The notes below the pieces were generated by a model. It did no database searches. It was not told where the DNA came from and saw only the letters and a program-made list of their open reading frames with translations. 64,000 bases of DNA from Mustelus asterias (Eukaryota). The position numbers were made by a program, and so were the translations under genes. Below are positions 1 through 12,810 of the stretch, piece by piece; positions within the stretch are counted from its first letter, which is position 1; each line of letters starts with the position of its first letter. The stretch covers positions 72,912,001 through 72,976,000 of the forward strand of contig NC_135817.1 in assembly GCF_964213995.1 (NCBI RefSeq). Reading direction: 5' to 3'.

Positions 1-61
1 TGAGAAACATACAGCCTTTGAACGGTCTGGCATAGTCTATATGTACTTGCTACCCATCCTA

Positions 62-460
62 CATAGAAACAAAAAAGATAGAAGCAGGAGGAGGCCATTC
101 GGCCCTTCGAGTCTGCTCTGCCATTCATCACGATCATGGCTGATCACCCAACTCAGTAGCCTAATCCTGCTTTTTCCCCAAAACCTTTGATCCCATTCGC
201 CCCAAGTGCTATATCCAGCCGCCCCTTGAATACATTCAATGTTTTGGCATCAACTACTTCCTGTGGTAATGAATTCCACAGCCTCACCACTCTTTGGGTA
301 AAGAAATGTCTCCTCACCTCCGTCCTAAATGGTCTACCCTGAATCCTCAGACTGTGACCCCTGGTTCTGGACTCCCCCACATCGGGAATATCCTCCCTGC
401 ATCTACCCTGTCTAGTCCTGTTAGAATTTTATAAGCCTCTATGAGATCCTCCCCTCATTT
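62..460 (-). mobile_element. CR1/HER1-like LINE 3' fragment
   Basis: ORF 153-380 gives TRGHSLRI..FFTQRVVRLWNSLP (CR1 ORF2 C-terminus), followed by the CR1 3'UTR stem GGCTCGAAGGGCCGAATGGCC-like sequence. Confidence 0.9.
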
Positions 461-2142
461 GTCCTTTTCAGACCATTCCCATGGGTGAAATGGAGCTAAT
501 AGCAGCAGATTTTACACTTTTGCACAAGATATTCCCACCTTCACCTCGATTTCGGCACTGAGCGCCAGCTGCCAAACCGCCCCCCCCCCCCCGCCCATCT
601 CCTTCATCCTTACCGTGCCGCAATGGCCTCTGTGTTTAATACACATTTCCTTAATAATGGTAGAATGATGACTCTCGTTCCCAACCTGTCTGTACGGATA
701 GTTTGAGTTTTCGGGAGGAATATGGCCTTAACTCAGGATTTGCTCCCGAGGTATTGCCACTGAGTGCCATGTCCATGAGTTCTGACAGTACAGATCATTT
801 CTAATATTGCTTCTTGTCCTGCAGTTACAGGAATGTTATCTACTTGCTGGAAGTAGAAAATATTTCTGCACTAACTGTTTATTGACGAATCATTGGGTAA
901 GGGTAGTTGGGAGAGCCCATCAGTGTTGTCATGGAGATTTGATTAATGGTACTTTATTGTGTATGTCTGTGCCAACAAGAACAATACCCATCTCTGCATC
1001 CGACTCGCTGCCACTGATGGAATCCCGGTATGAGGCCCAAATGTCATTGTAGGAGGATGACGGTCTGTCAATAAAGTAAATTACCTCACAAATGGTTTTA
1101 TTCTGAAAATGATTCCTGAGTCTTCCCTCTCTATCTATTGATTTCTGACTTATTCAAAGCTATTGGCTTCTCTTCACCTGTGAGTATCATGTGGGAAACC
1201 ACCGCCCCACTCCTTGTGGTGATGCGTCACTTGCCAGTTGTGAAGGTAAATTCAGATCAAAGTGTGCCCGGTCTTTTGACTTGAGTGGTGCCTCCTTAGC
1301 TTGTACGAAGCCTGCTGTGCACTGATCCACCCACTTCGTTTTTCTGATTTGCCACAATAAGTTGTGTAAAAATTTAAGAACAATAGCTAGGTTAGGGACA
1401 AACCTCTCAAAATAATTTAGTAAACCCAAAAAAGATTGAAGTTGATTGACGTTTTGAAGTCAGATACCTCTGTAATGGCTTTGATTTTCGAAAGTGACTT
1501 GTGCAGTCCCTTTGCTTCTCTGACATGACCTGGGATATTCGATCGAAGGTTGGAAAAATTCACATTTATCTTTCTGGACTCTTAATCCATAATTTTCTGG
1601 CCTCTGGAGTGTGGCATCTAGGTTGTGGAGATGTTCTTCGTCATGCTTCCCAGTAACTAAGATATTGTCTAAGTAACACTGCAATCCTTCTAATCCATTA
1701 GAATTTGACCCATGGCATGTTGAAACAATGCAGGTACGGACTTGATGCCGAGTCAAAATCTTTTATATCTGAATAGCCCTTTGTGTGTCACGATTGTCAA
1801 ATATTGTTGTGAATCTGGATCCACATTCATCTGGAGATAAGCTTGGCTAAGGGCAACTTTACTGAAGTGTTGGCCTTCAGCCAATCCAGCGAATAAATCA
1901 TCAATCAAAGAAAGTCACTATCAATCCTGCACAGAGTACTGGATTGATAATCATTTTAAAAATTGTCACAAATGCATACCATTCCATCTCTCTTCATCAC
2001 GGGTACTATCAGTGTGGCCCAATCACTCACATTAACAGGTTGGAGGACTCCCACTTTGACCAGCCACTTTAATTCTGCCTATACCTTAGGGTCTGATTGC
2101 GTACGGCACTGACTTTGCCTTTAAGCATCTTGCTTGACTTTT

Positions 2143-2372
2143 GGATTGGGCTACATTCACGACCTTTTGTAGTTCCTTGCGGTCTTGGGCAGAGCAGGAA
2201 CCATACCAAGCTGTAATGCAACCAGAAAGAATGCTTTCTATTGTGCACCGGTCTAAGTTGATGAGAGCCGTAGTAGACATGCTGAATTTCCTTAGCTTCC
2301 TGAGAAGATAGAGGCATTGGTGGGCTTTCTTAACTATAGCGTCAGTGTGGAGGGACCAGGACAGGTTGTACA
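2143..2372 (-). mobile_element. Rex1/Babar LINE ORF2 fragment embedded in Gypsy pol
   Basis: NLSWSLHTDAIVKKAHQCLYLLRKLRKF..IESILSGCITAWYG; near-identical to 61250-61480. Confidence 0.85.
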
Positions 2373-3368
2373 TTTAACGACAATTCATCTTCAGATTGTG
2401 ACTCGAGTCCTTTTTTGCCCCTTTTTGTGCCGCATGGATACATTTTCCTTTATTTGACGTTCCATTTGATGCATTCAGTTTTGCTTTATATAACTCTGTC
2501 CTGAAACTTGTTTCTTTTTCCAATAGGTGCATTCAATGTGGCCCTTTATTGACACAATTCCTGCACATGATATAATTGCATCGACATTCTGCTGCTATAT
2601 GCTCGGTTTTTGCACACCAATGGCAATTGTGAGTCTATGTCTATGTTTGGTTTTCAGCTGACGCCTTATGAAATCTTGTGCTCAAACTTAACTGTTGAGC
2701 TTCTTTGGCTGCTATTTCCATAGATACAGCAACTTCCAAAATTTTCTTTAAGGTTAGGTGGCTTTCTGTTAACAACAATTTTTGAATAGCCTTGCTCCTT
2801 AAGCCACAAACATATCTATCTCTAATGGTGTCATTCAAGACATCCCCAAATTCAGAGGGTTGGGCCAGTCTTTTCAAGGTAGCTACAAACTGTGTGATGG
2901 ATTCACCTGCTTGTTGATTGCAGTTATGGAACCTAAATCTTTCTGCGATGACTAAAGTTTTTAGTAAATAGTGCCCTGCAATATTTCCACTATTTCATTG
3001 TAGGTTTTCGTGCCTGGTTTTTCTGGCTGACTTCTCAGGAGGTTAAATACTTTTCCTCCCATTATGCGCAGTAAGTTGGGACAACTATATTTGCTGCAAT
3101 CTTGCTTGCTTGAACAAAATAGTCAAATCTCTCTGTATATGGGCTCCATCATTTTGTATTCTCATCGAACGGTTCCACGGCATCAAATAGCCCTGCCATT
3201 TTTACTATGGAAAGGACCTGCGTGAGCACAATGTGCCATGTAATTTTTAACACTGCGTCGCTTCCTTATTCCCCAAAACAAAATAAGCCTGAGCTCTGCC
3301 TGTGTCCCTTTGTGTTTTGCAACACACTCCAGCTCTCAACTCATTGTTGCAGGGTACCTTCCTTCAAA

Positions 3369-3517
3369 AAGTTTATTTATTAGTCACAAGTAAGGCTTAC
3401 ATTAACGCTGCAATGAAGTTACTGTGAAATTCCCCTAGTCACCACACTCCGGCGCCTGTTCGGGTCAATGTACCTAACCAGCACGTCTTTCAGACCGTGG
3501 GAAGAAACCGGAGGAAA
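3369..3517 (-). mobile_element. HE1-like SINE, 3' part with tail type B
   Basis: Reverse complement of ...CACAGTAACTTCATTGCAGCGTTAATGTAAGCCTTACTTGTGACTAATAAATAAACTTT. Confidence 0.85.
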
Positions 3518-4760
3518 GCCTTGCTGCCCTCGGTGCTGTTCTAGACCTCTCCGGGCAGAGCACGTGGTGAGCTTTATTCCGAAGTTGTTTTCTCCAGAAT
3601 CTCCGATTATTTTTTGGTTCCTCTGGTTGCTGAGAGTGTTGTTTGGCACCCCGTCACCAGCTTTCGTGTAGCAATGATTCCAATTATTTATTCTGCTGGC
3701 CAGTATCTACAACGCTGACGGACTTTTCCCACTTTTTTTTCTTTTGGAGTGGCTGCAAGTTTGGTCCGATCGCCTCGGGGCCGGATTTCTATGTGGCGGT
3801 TTTAATAGGTAGGACTCGAAGGCTCAAACAAATGAAGAGCTTTATTGAAAAGATGTTAACTCTACAGGCTGCTAAAATAGACTGTCTGTTTTCCCTGCAA
3901 AGAACTGATGGCTCTTAAAGTGCCCTGTTCCACTGCAAAGCTGTTAGTGAGGAAACTCGAGAAATAACACGAATACACGACAATAAGTATTTTCTTTCAT
4001 TGACACTCGTGCTATTCCTGGTTTGTGACGCAATGTACTAAGACGTGTTTTCATGGTAAAATGAACGTGCTAATTGTTTGGTGACTGATCATGAAGCCCT
4101 GGATCTGATCAGAGTTTATAACCTGCACCAAGAAGGGAATAAAATATTCCCATTGGTGAATGGGCAATCATCCCCTTTCTGTTTTTAGACAAATGTAGTT
4201 TTAATCTGTGTGGTTTTGTAAATGTAAAGCTTGGGGAAGAGGTGAAGCACTGAAACCTCAGGATAAATGTTCTTTCTGTGCTAGTAATTGCCACAGATGC
4301 CTTGGGGAGAAGAAGAAACCAGCAGGTCTAAATCATGCTGCAATAAAGCAGAAGAAATGAAAAATATATCTAATTAAAAAATAATGCTTTATGTGTTTAG
4401 AGCCACATTCACATTGTTTGAACCATCTATAGAGTAATTGGAGGAATTGAAAGAGATTACTGCTACATTTCAAATGTATTTTTGCTGTGACTCCTTGTTT
4501 CAAGTCAGATGACCAAATTCACATTACCCAAGGTAGCCTGAGAGCCCCACCTCCTGGGTTATTTCATCGGGGAACCATGGGGTGCTGTGCTCTACCACTC
4601 AATGCTGCAGAACATCAAGACATCAGCATTCAGATTGCAGTATCCACTGGGAATACTGCACCTGAATTAACTCAGCAATGTTGATTGATTTGCTCCCCAT
4701 ACAGTTTCAACCTGTACATCGTCAGTACGTTAGAAAAACGTTCGCAATGATGCTGTCGAA

Positions 4761-5138
4761 TGGCACAGTGGCACATTGGTTAGCACTGCTGCCTCACAGC
4801 GCCAGGGACCTGGGTTCAATTCCCGGCTTCCTGGGTCACTGTCTGCACATTCTCCCTAGTGGCAACTAGGGAATTTCACAGTAACTTCATTGCAGTGTTA
4901 ATGTAAGCCTTACTTGTGACTTGTGTCTGTGTGGGTTTCCTCCGGGTGCTTTGGTTTCATCCCCCAGTCAGAAAGATGTGCGGGTTAGGTGCATTGGCCA
5001 TGCTAAATTCTCCCTCAGTGTACCCGAACAGGTGCCAGAGTGGGCGACTAGGGGATTTTCACAGTAACTTCATTGCAGTATTAATGTAAGCCTACTTGTG
5101 ACACTAATAAATAAACTTCAAAATAAACTTTAATAAAC
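4761..5138 (+). mobile_element. HE1-like SINE (tail B) with an extra internal tail copy
   Basis: tRNA-like head TGGTTAGCACTGCTGCCTCACAGCGCCAGGGACCTGGGTTCAATTCC; tail B appears at 4857-4920 and again at 5040-5120. Confidence 0.85.
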
Positions 5139-5741
5139 TGGATCCATATGCACAATTCTTCATTTATAACAAATATTTAAGTAATGGTTCCTCTAAAACT
5201 CAACAATAGCAGATAATGGTAAATGACTTACCCTGAGTTTAAAGTAGAGACCGGTGATTATAATCCCATACACAAAGAGTATTCCATCCAGAATATAACA
5301 CCACTTAGGGTCATTCAAGCTCATAGCTTCAGCATCTGTCAAAATTACAAACAGAAAACCCGCTCAGCCATTTTTCCAAGTGTTTATTTTTGCTCTTAAT
5401 TGATATCTGGATCTTTCTTTACTAAATATCCCCAGTATCCAGGTTAAGCTTGCAACAGATATGTTCATTGAATATTGAAAACTACCTTGATGAATGTGAC
5501 GATTGTTTTCTCAGTTGCTATCTGTTGATCATCGTGATCGAGTTAATGATCTCTGAAGACAATGTACACAGCCAGGTATAAAGTAGATTGCCTTAGGAAT
5601 TTCTAAAATTAACGTGAAGAACAAGGATTGTTTGTGGAGATATCTTCCCCCTATTGGGGAAGGCCCACTGTACAGGGGGTAGGCTTGATGGGCTTTTCCT
5701 GCCCATGTCTGTAATATCATCTGTTTCTGTCCCTTTTCCTA

Positions 5742-6030
5742 TTCAGTGGTGGGACATGGGCGTCGCTGGCAGGCCAGCATTTATTATCCATCCCTAGTTG
5801 CCCGAAAGCAGTTGAGAATCAGCCACGTTGCTGTGGGTTTGGAGTCACATGTAGGCCAGATCAGATTTCCTTTCTTAAAGGACATACGTGAACCAGATGG
5901 GTTTTTCCAATAATCAACAATGGTTTCATGGTCATCAGTAGAGGCTTAATTCCAGATATCTGCCGTGGCGGGATTCGAACCTGGGTCCCCAGAACATTAT
6001 CTGAGATTCTGAATTAATAGCCTAGTGAGT
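5742..6030 (-). mobile_element. tRNA-derived SINE family 2
   Basis: B-box GGTTCGAATCCC on the minus strand; 3' tail CAACTAGGGATGG..AATAAATGCTGG..GCGACGCCCATGTCCC shared with the LINE at 46405. Confidence 0.8.
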
Positions 6031-6569
6031 CCATTCCCTTCCCTTGCATTATCCTGTCTTCTGCTGAGACTCTCATTCACCCTCATCATTCCAAACAACT
6101 CTCCACATATTCTATAAATTTACACTTGTCCTAAACTTATCCTAAATTTACACCTGTCCTAAATTCTGCCTGTATCCTAACCTGCAGCAATCTCAGTCAC
6201 CTCTCAATCCTATTCTCTCTGAGCTATATTAGCCCTCAGTTCGCCAACTCCACAAATTGAAAATTCTCATCCTCCTGTTTCTATCTATTCATGGGCTTGC
6301 TCACGCCTATCTCTGTGACTCCTTCTGGACTCTCCATTTCTCTGACTCTTGTATAACCTTCCCTACTTCACCCCATCTTTGGCAGTTCAGCCACCTAAAC
6401 CCTGTGCCCTGTCATTCACTCTAAACCTAACCAACTCTTCTTCTATTCTTTCAGCCCACTTCTTACAACCTTCACTGATCACGGATGTGATCATCTCTCC
6501 CAATATTTCCCTTTTTGGCTTGGTGTCTATTTTTCTAATTGCATCACTGCTTTATTCGCATCATTGGCA

Positions 6570-6840
6570 CCACCAGCATTTGCCACCCATTCCTAATCGA
6601 CCTCGAGAAGATGGCGGTGAGCTGCTTTCTGGAACCACTGCAACCCATCTGGGATAGATATGCCTGCAGTGCTGTTAGGAAGGGACTTCAGGAATTTGAC
6701 TGGGAAGGAACGGTGGTACGGTTCCAAGTCAGAATGGTGTGAGGCTTGGAGGGGAATTTTCAGGTGGTGGTGTTCCCATGTGTCTGTTGCCCTTGTCCTT
6801 CTAGGTGGTAGAGGTCACGAGTTTGGAAGGTGCTGTTGAA
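6570..6840 (-). mobile_element. Old CR1/L2-group LINE 3' end (family of 46405-49530)
   Basis: Similar to 46460-46720 (GAGAAG.TGG.GGTGAGCTGC..CTTGTCCTTCTAG). Confidence 0.7.
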
Positions 6841-7429
6841 ATATGGTCCTTATATTTGTGCAATTTATTGGCAGTTATTTGGGTGACATTTAGTGGAGGT
6901 GATGAGCGTCTTGCCCATTGACTGAACAGCTGGTAAGAGCTTCAGTTGCCTCTAATGGAGCAAGCACGCTGTATTAGTGTCACTCGGGCGCTTAACTGGA
7001 CAGGAGTGGGCCTTCTCAAGGACCTCAGAATGGAGGTCCGCCTGCTGAGGGCTGCCAGCACATTAGAAGTTGGCAGCTTTATTCAATGGCTGTGCCATCA
7101 AGGAGGTGATGGCTGCTATTGGCCTGACATTCACCTGAGGCCTAGTATCCCCGCTGGATCCCAGGTCACAGTTGAATGATGGCGGGAGAGGAGTTGCAGG
7201 GGTAATGCAGGGAGGGCATTAGAGAGGGGTCAGCAGCAAGGACAGGTGTGTGGTTCTCAGTGGATAGCCCCTTTCCTTTGCCAGGCTCCTCAATCAGGGT
7301 AGCTTTGTACCTCGTACTAAGTACTTTTGAATGAGGGGCCTCCCCCAGGAGTCTGCAAGCAGCTTGTCATGCCCCTCCATGTCAAGCCCCCCGCCAGCTG
7401 TTCAGTTAATACCAGCTGGAGCAGCCCTA

Positions 7430-8000
7430 TAAATACTGTGGCTACAAGAGAAGCTCATAGACGGGTAATTCTGCTGCAAGTAACTCAACTTCTGACTTCC
7501 CAGAGCCACCTCACCATTCACAAGGCACAAGCCAAGAGTGTGATGGAATACTCTTCACCTGCCTGGGTGAACATGGCTCCGACAACAAGAAGCGCAACAC
7601 CATCCAGGACAAAGCACCCCATCCACCACTTTAAACATTGACTCTCTCCACCACTGACACATAGTGATAGTGGTGTGTACCATCTACAAGATTCACGAAG
7701 GCTGCTTTCACAGCATTCTTCCAAATCTGCAACCTTTACGACCCAGAAGCAGCAGGACAGAAGACACATGGGATCACCACTAATTGCAAGTTTCTTCCAC
7801 GTCAGAACCACCCTGACTTTAACGATATCATCGCTCCTTCACTGCCACTGAGTTAATAATCTGGAACTTCCTTCGTAACAGCATTGTGGTTGTACCTACA
7901 CCACATGGACTGTAACGGTTCAAGATGGCAGCTGGCTACCACTTCTGAAAGGGACTAGAGGTGGTCCGGCATGGCTGAGAATGCTCACTTCCCAAGAACA
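7430..8000 (+). mobile_element. Old CR1/L2-group LINE 3' end (same family)
   Basis: Translates LTIHKAQAKSVMEYSSPAW, homologous to LSTIYKAQVRSVMKYFPLAW at 46687-47136. Confidence 0.75.
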
Positions 8001-8205
8001 ATTTGAGTTAAAATAGCTGTGGCCTCATGCTGCACAGTCCATGGGGAACCCCCATCTGTCCCACCAACACTTACCCTCCCTAAACATACCTGGAAATCAG
8101 GACTATCAGTTCCAACCACTGCACTGGACTTTCTGAATTAAAAAGCAGTGTTGACCATCTCCTTTTCTTCCTTTTTTTCTCTTTTCTGTTGGCTGGTGGC
8201 TCCAG

Positions 8206-8345
8206 GAGAGGGGGAGGAAGGAAATGGGTTGCCCCCTGAAGAAGCACAGGGAACCGAAAGAGCAAATTTGAGTCATCAAAGGAGTTCACCGCGAATGGGA
8301 ATCGATGGTTTTGAACCACTGGAGAAGAGAGAGTGGGTCATCTAA
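8206..8345 (+). CDS. Putative terminal coding exon of an unidentified host gene
   Basis: Long polypyrimidine tract 8158-8190, CAG acceptor ending 8205, open purine-rich frame (G)EGEEGNGLPPEEAQGTERANLSHQRSSPRMGIDGFEPLEKREWVI*, then about 1.9 kb with no recognisable repeat. Confidence 0.45.
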
Positions 8346-10060
8346 ACCTCGATGGGGGAGGAAATATGTGGTGGAGCCTAAATTGAAGTGATAACGAAGT
8401 GTGTGTGGGTGTATGCTGAGAAAAGGGGCGCTGTGTGGACTGAACCAAATGCAAAGAACCTCTATATATCAGTATTATTCAAATTACATTTATTTTGGCC
8501 TATTGATTCTGTTTTTTCCAGCCTGCGGTCTCGTTCTGCCTCTACGTCCTTTTCAACCCACCAGGTTGAGAACTAAGAGACCGCAAGCATTGCAAGCATT
8601 GTACTAACTTGAAATTTCTTCCTCCAGATTATCTTTCTTTTCCTCCTTTAATGGAAGACCGAGAACCATCATTTAACCTCACAAAATGCCCATTACTCCA
8701 GTGCAAACCTTGGTGGGGAGTGCCGGCAGACTATACAACTGCTGAGACATCATATCCAAGACCAAGCCTACCCATACATAAGAATCCCAGTTGGAAGCAC
8801 TGGGTATTGCCCTCCTTTTCCTAAACCAGGAGTTTGTCGGCTGATTGTAGCATCCTTCCCTTCGCTCCATCTTAGATTCGTTACCTCAGGAAGGTTTAGC
8901 TCTGCAGTTAACTAGGTAAGCACATTAAACCAGAAACATTTCTATTATCAAAATCAGGAGTGCACTGCCTACAAAGAGTAATATTTAGAGATGTAGGTGA
9001 ATGATGCCATCATTTGGGTTGGTTCTTGATTCCAGATGGCCGCTGAGCTTATTGTCCCACAGTCACAAATACTACAAGAACTACAGTTCTGAATTTCCAC
9101 TTGGTTCTCTCTTGATCTCCCACTTTAACTTTGGCGAAAATCCCGCAGAAACCACATCAACAGCCAAGTTTAATCATCTGCTATTTCTCTAGGAGAGGAG
9201 GTCCGCTGATGTCCTGCTGGAGATTCCCTAAGGAAATCCCAAGCCGGTAAAAGCTTAGGGCTCAGAAATCACAGATCATCGTTTTGGTCAAAAGATATGA
9301 AAGAGGCAAATTGAATGTAACCTGGGAGATTTTCGTAAGACTATCTGAGTCAGAGGCTAAACTGGAAGGGTTAATTCTCTGGGACATACTCTAAGACAGG
9401 AAGCTGTTCGGAGAGATTTTAATCTTTCTATATAAATCATATTTGAGAATGTCATGTGCACAGCTGGAGTTGTATTGTTGTTTTCCGTACGGCTGCACCC
9501 CATTAATGTTTCAGAGAAACAGGATTAATTAACCTTAAATGTTTAAAGGCGTATCAGAATTTGCTGAATGCTGTTCGTGTAATGTTGCAGGATGCCCCTG
9601 TGCTGCTAGCTCCTGGCTTCTTGTCTGTCAGAATGTTAGTGTTTCAGTAGAGCCAGTCTGACATTCAGCCATCTTCAAAAAGCAAAGCATAAAGGTTCCA
9701 AAACTGTAATGTGTTGAAATCAGGTTGGGCTTCTTTCCTACAGCTTATACCACGAAAATCCCTCAATTAAATAAGCTCTGAATCACTGTTGGCTATTCAT
9801 CATTGTATGTAGAACCTTAAAAAACATTCATTGTGAATATATACAGTATAAATATATAGTAATTGACATTGCACAGATAAAGCACATATCTCGTTGTTAT
9901 ATGATTGGAGAAACATATACTTTCAAAGCTACTCAGGAAACCTGAACAATGGGTTTTTTATGCTCAAGCAACCACATCCTTTTACAAAATAATGGTGTTA
10001 TGTCCCTGGCTCCTCGCTGCTAGTCTTTTTAACTTGTGTCCTTGATTAAACCTGTCCATC
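8346..10060 (+). other. Putative 3'UTR
   Basis: No recognisable TE; AT-rich distal part; ATTAAA hexamers near 9766 and 10045. Confidence 0.3.
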
Positions 10061-10229
10061 AAAGTGGCCGGAAATACAGAGACGGTATGTTTAGCTGACT
10101 GTTGCTTTCTTCAGCAGACAGATTATGCTATAGAGAGCATCCAACTACACGTATTAGAGTCACACAGCCTAGAATGAGGTCACTTGGTCCAATGCATTTC
10201 TGTTTGAAAGAGATCTTCAGTTATCCCAC

Positions 10230-11400
10230 CAAGCTGCCCTTTCCGCATGTCTCTTCAATTGACTCTCCTTCAAGTGTTTGTCCAGCTTCTGTTTGAAAAT
10301 TCTATTGAAGCTGCTTCCACCATCCTTTGAGGTAGCGAATTTCAGGTCACAGCAACTTTTAAAAAAAAAATTCATCAGATCACCTCTTTGCCTCTTTTGG
10401 CAATTGCCTTCAATCTGTGTCCTTTTGTTAGCCAACTCTCCTGCCAGCGCAAACAATTTCTCCCAGTGTACTCTAATCAAAATCCCTCCATGTTTTAAAC
10501 ACCCGCATTAAACCTCCTGCCAGCCTTCTCTGCTGGATGGAAGACAATCCCAACTTCTCTCATTTCTCCACATAACTCCTATTCCTCATCCCTGGGTCAA
10601 TTCTAATACATTTCCTCTGCATGCTCATCTTTCCTAAAGGCCCAGAGTTGGATTTAATACTCCAACTTCAGTGATCTATAAGGGTTTATAGCGTAACTTT
10701 CTTGCTTTTGTACTCCATGTCTCTTTATTGGTAAACCCAAGGGTTTCATAAGCTTTTTAAAAGACTTCTCAGCTTGTCCTGCCGGTTTCAGAGACTTGTG
10801 TGGATAACTCCCGGATTTCTGTTTTTAAATTCTACATTTGTTTATATTGCCTGATTTCAATCTTTGTACCAGAATACATTATGTCACACTTCTCTGTATT
10901 AAGTTTCGTCTGCCATATGTCTATCTATTTCTCCAGTCCAGCACGGACAATTTATCTTTAAAAATCCACGCTGGCTGACACTTACCAATTTCCAATGTTC
11001 TCCCACTCTACCATCCTTGAACATTTCCCCACCGCTGACGTAGGGCGGACTGGCCTATAGTCACTACGTTTAGCCGTATCCCCTAGCTTTTATAGGATGT
11101 AATATTTGCAACCTTTCAATCCATTGGTACCACTTCCATATTCAAGGAGGCATTGTGGTTACGGCCTCCACTAATTCTACCCTTACTTCCCTTAGCGATC
11201 TAAGATGCATCCCATCTAGACCAGTGACTTTTCTACTTTGAGTGCAGCCAACCTTTTAAGCACCTCCACTACCTATTTCCCCAGCACTAGCACACTGCAC
11301 CCTCACCAGCCCACTTTTCTATGATATTTGTAGCATCCTCTTATTTTATGAATACAAATTGCCAAATATTCATTTAGTACTCCGGCCATGCCTTCATGCC
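10230..11400 (-). mobile_element. Old, diverged CR1 LINE
   Basis: Degenerate WEKLFALAGE..FFKSCCDL C-terminus (10217-10480) and RT-like remnants upstream. Confidence 0.65.
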
Positions 11401-11444
11401 AAGATGATATCATTTTTGGTTTCCAAACATTTTTTCCTTAACTG

Positions 11445-11613
11445 CCTTTATATTTTGAAAAGCATTTAGATAGTTACATGGGTAAGGTGGGTATAGAGGG
11501 ATACGGGCCAAACACAGGCAATTGGGACTAGCTTAGTGGTTTAAAAAAAGGGCGGCAAGGATAAGTTGGGCCGAAGGGCCTGTCTCCATGCTGTAAACCT
11601 CTATGACTCTATG
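11445..11613 (+). mobile_element. CR1 3' end with (CTATGACT)n tail
   Basis: Near-identical to 44300-44468. Confidence 0.85.
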
Positions 11614-12124
11614 GCTCTATTTGTATGTTTATAAAATACTTCAATGTTGCAGTTCAGGCAGTAGAACAGTTGATAGCACTCCCGCCTCTGAGTCATAGGT
11701 CTGGATTTTTGAAGCAGGCTGGGGAAGCTGATACACAAATGAATTCCAGGTCCCCATTCCGTGCATGAACTGTGTGGCTCTTCTGAAACTATTTTTAACT
11801 GTAAATGGGATGATTGGACAGGAGGTGAGCTTGGCACCCAATTAGAGGCATCTATTGACTCAAGGAGGTGGGAGCTGCCAGTCTACCAAAAGGCTGGTGG
11901 CAGCCATTTTGGAGGCTGTCATTGGCTTTCTAAGGAGAGCAACCAGCTCATGAGGTGACCAGAAGGGGAAATAGGGCACAAATAGATGTCAAATTGAGGT
12001 ACAGCACATGATCTCACTCCAGCTTACTCTTAAATTTCATAAAAAGGAAATGACTTATTTTTATTTAACAGCAACCTGAACAGCAGAAGATGCTATTTTG
12101 ATGAAGAGTAAGGGTGTTATCCCA

Positions 12125-12325
12125 CTGCCTTATCCCTCAATAATTATCCCGCAATATCACAAAAACAGCTATTTTGCTCATTATCACATGGCCGCTTGTG
12201 GGATCTTGCTGTGCAGAAAGAGCCGGCTACATTTCCAACACGACAACAGTAACCATGCTTAAATACGTCATTGGCTGTAAAACACTTCGGGACATTCTGT
12301 GGTCATGAGAGGTGTAATGTAAAGT
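12125..12325 (+). mobile_element. Deu-domain SINE (SacSINE1-like) remnant
   Basis: Deu core TTGTGGGATCTTGCTGTGCA..ACAACAGT..ATTGGCTGTAAA.CACTT.GGGAC. Confidence 0.7.
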
Positions 12326-12499
12326 TTCTGTCTATTCCTTTTATGCTACCCACAAACCTATACTTTCAGTAAACCTCTTGATTCTCTATTTTGTTATGCC
12401 CCTGACATTTATCAGAATCCTCATTTTCTGTTTCATTTTTAATTTCTATATCCTTAACCATCAATGGAGTCCTAGCTTTGGATGGCTTTCCCTTCCCCT

Positions 12500-12810
12500 T
12501 CAAAGAAAAGTACAGCACAGGAACAGGCCCTTCAGCCCTCCAAGCCTGCGCCGATCATGGTGCCTGCCTAAACTAAAACCGTATGCACTTATGGAGTCCG
12601 TATCCTCCCATTCCCATCCTATTCATGTATTCGTCTAGTTGCCCCTTAAATGTCGCTATCGTACCTGCTCCCACCATCTCCCCGGGCAGCGCGTTCCAGA
12701 CATTCACCACCCTCTGTGTAAAAACACTTGCCTCACACATCTCCTCTAAACATTTCCCCATGCACCTTAAACCAATGTCCCCGAGTACTTGACTTTTCTA
12801 CCCTAGGAAG
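12500..12810 (-). mobile_element. CR1/HER1 3' fragment
   Basis: FTQRVVNVWNALPGEMV..FKGQLDEYM (12573-12761). Confidence 0.9.

Larger units (their letters stand above)
1040..3670 (-). mobile_element. Decayed Gypsy/Ty3 (K02A2.6-like) LTR retrotransposon, gag-pol remnant
   Basis: gag start at 3199 (MAGLFDAVEPFDENTK*WSPYTERFDYFV), gag IRDRYVCGLRS (2641-2877), RT YLDNIL..KCEFFQ (1460-1756), RNaseH LASDASPQGVG (1187-1429), PBS-like TGGTGACGGGG near 3649-3659; many stops and frameshifts. Confidence 0.85.

Noticed and set aside
8353-8500. Polypurine tract plus TGTGGTGG resembling the start of a 3' LTR
   Set aside because: No AATAAA, no matching CA end or TSD, and no integrase upstream; the terminal-exon reading fits better.
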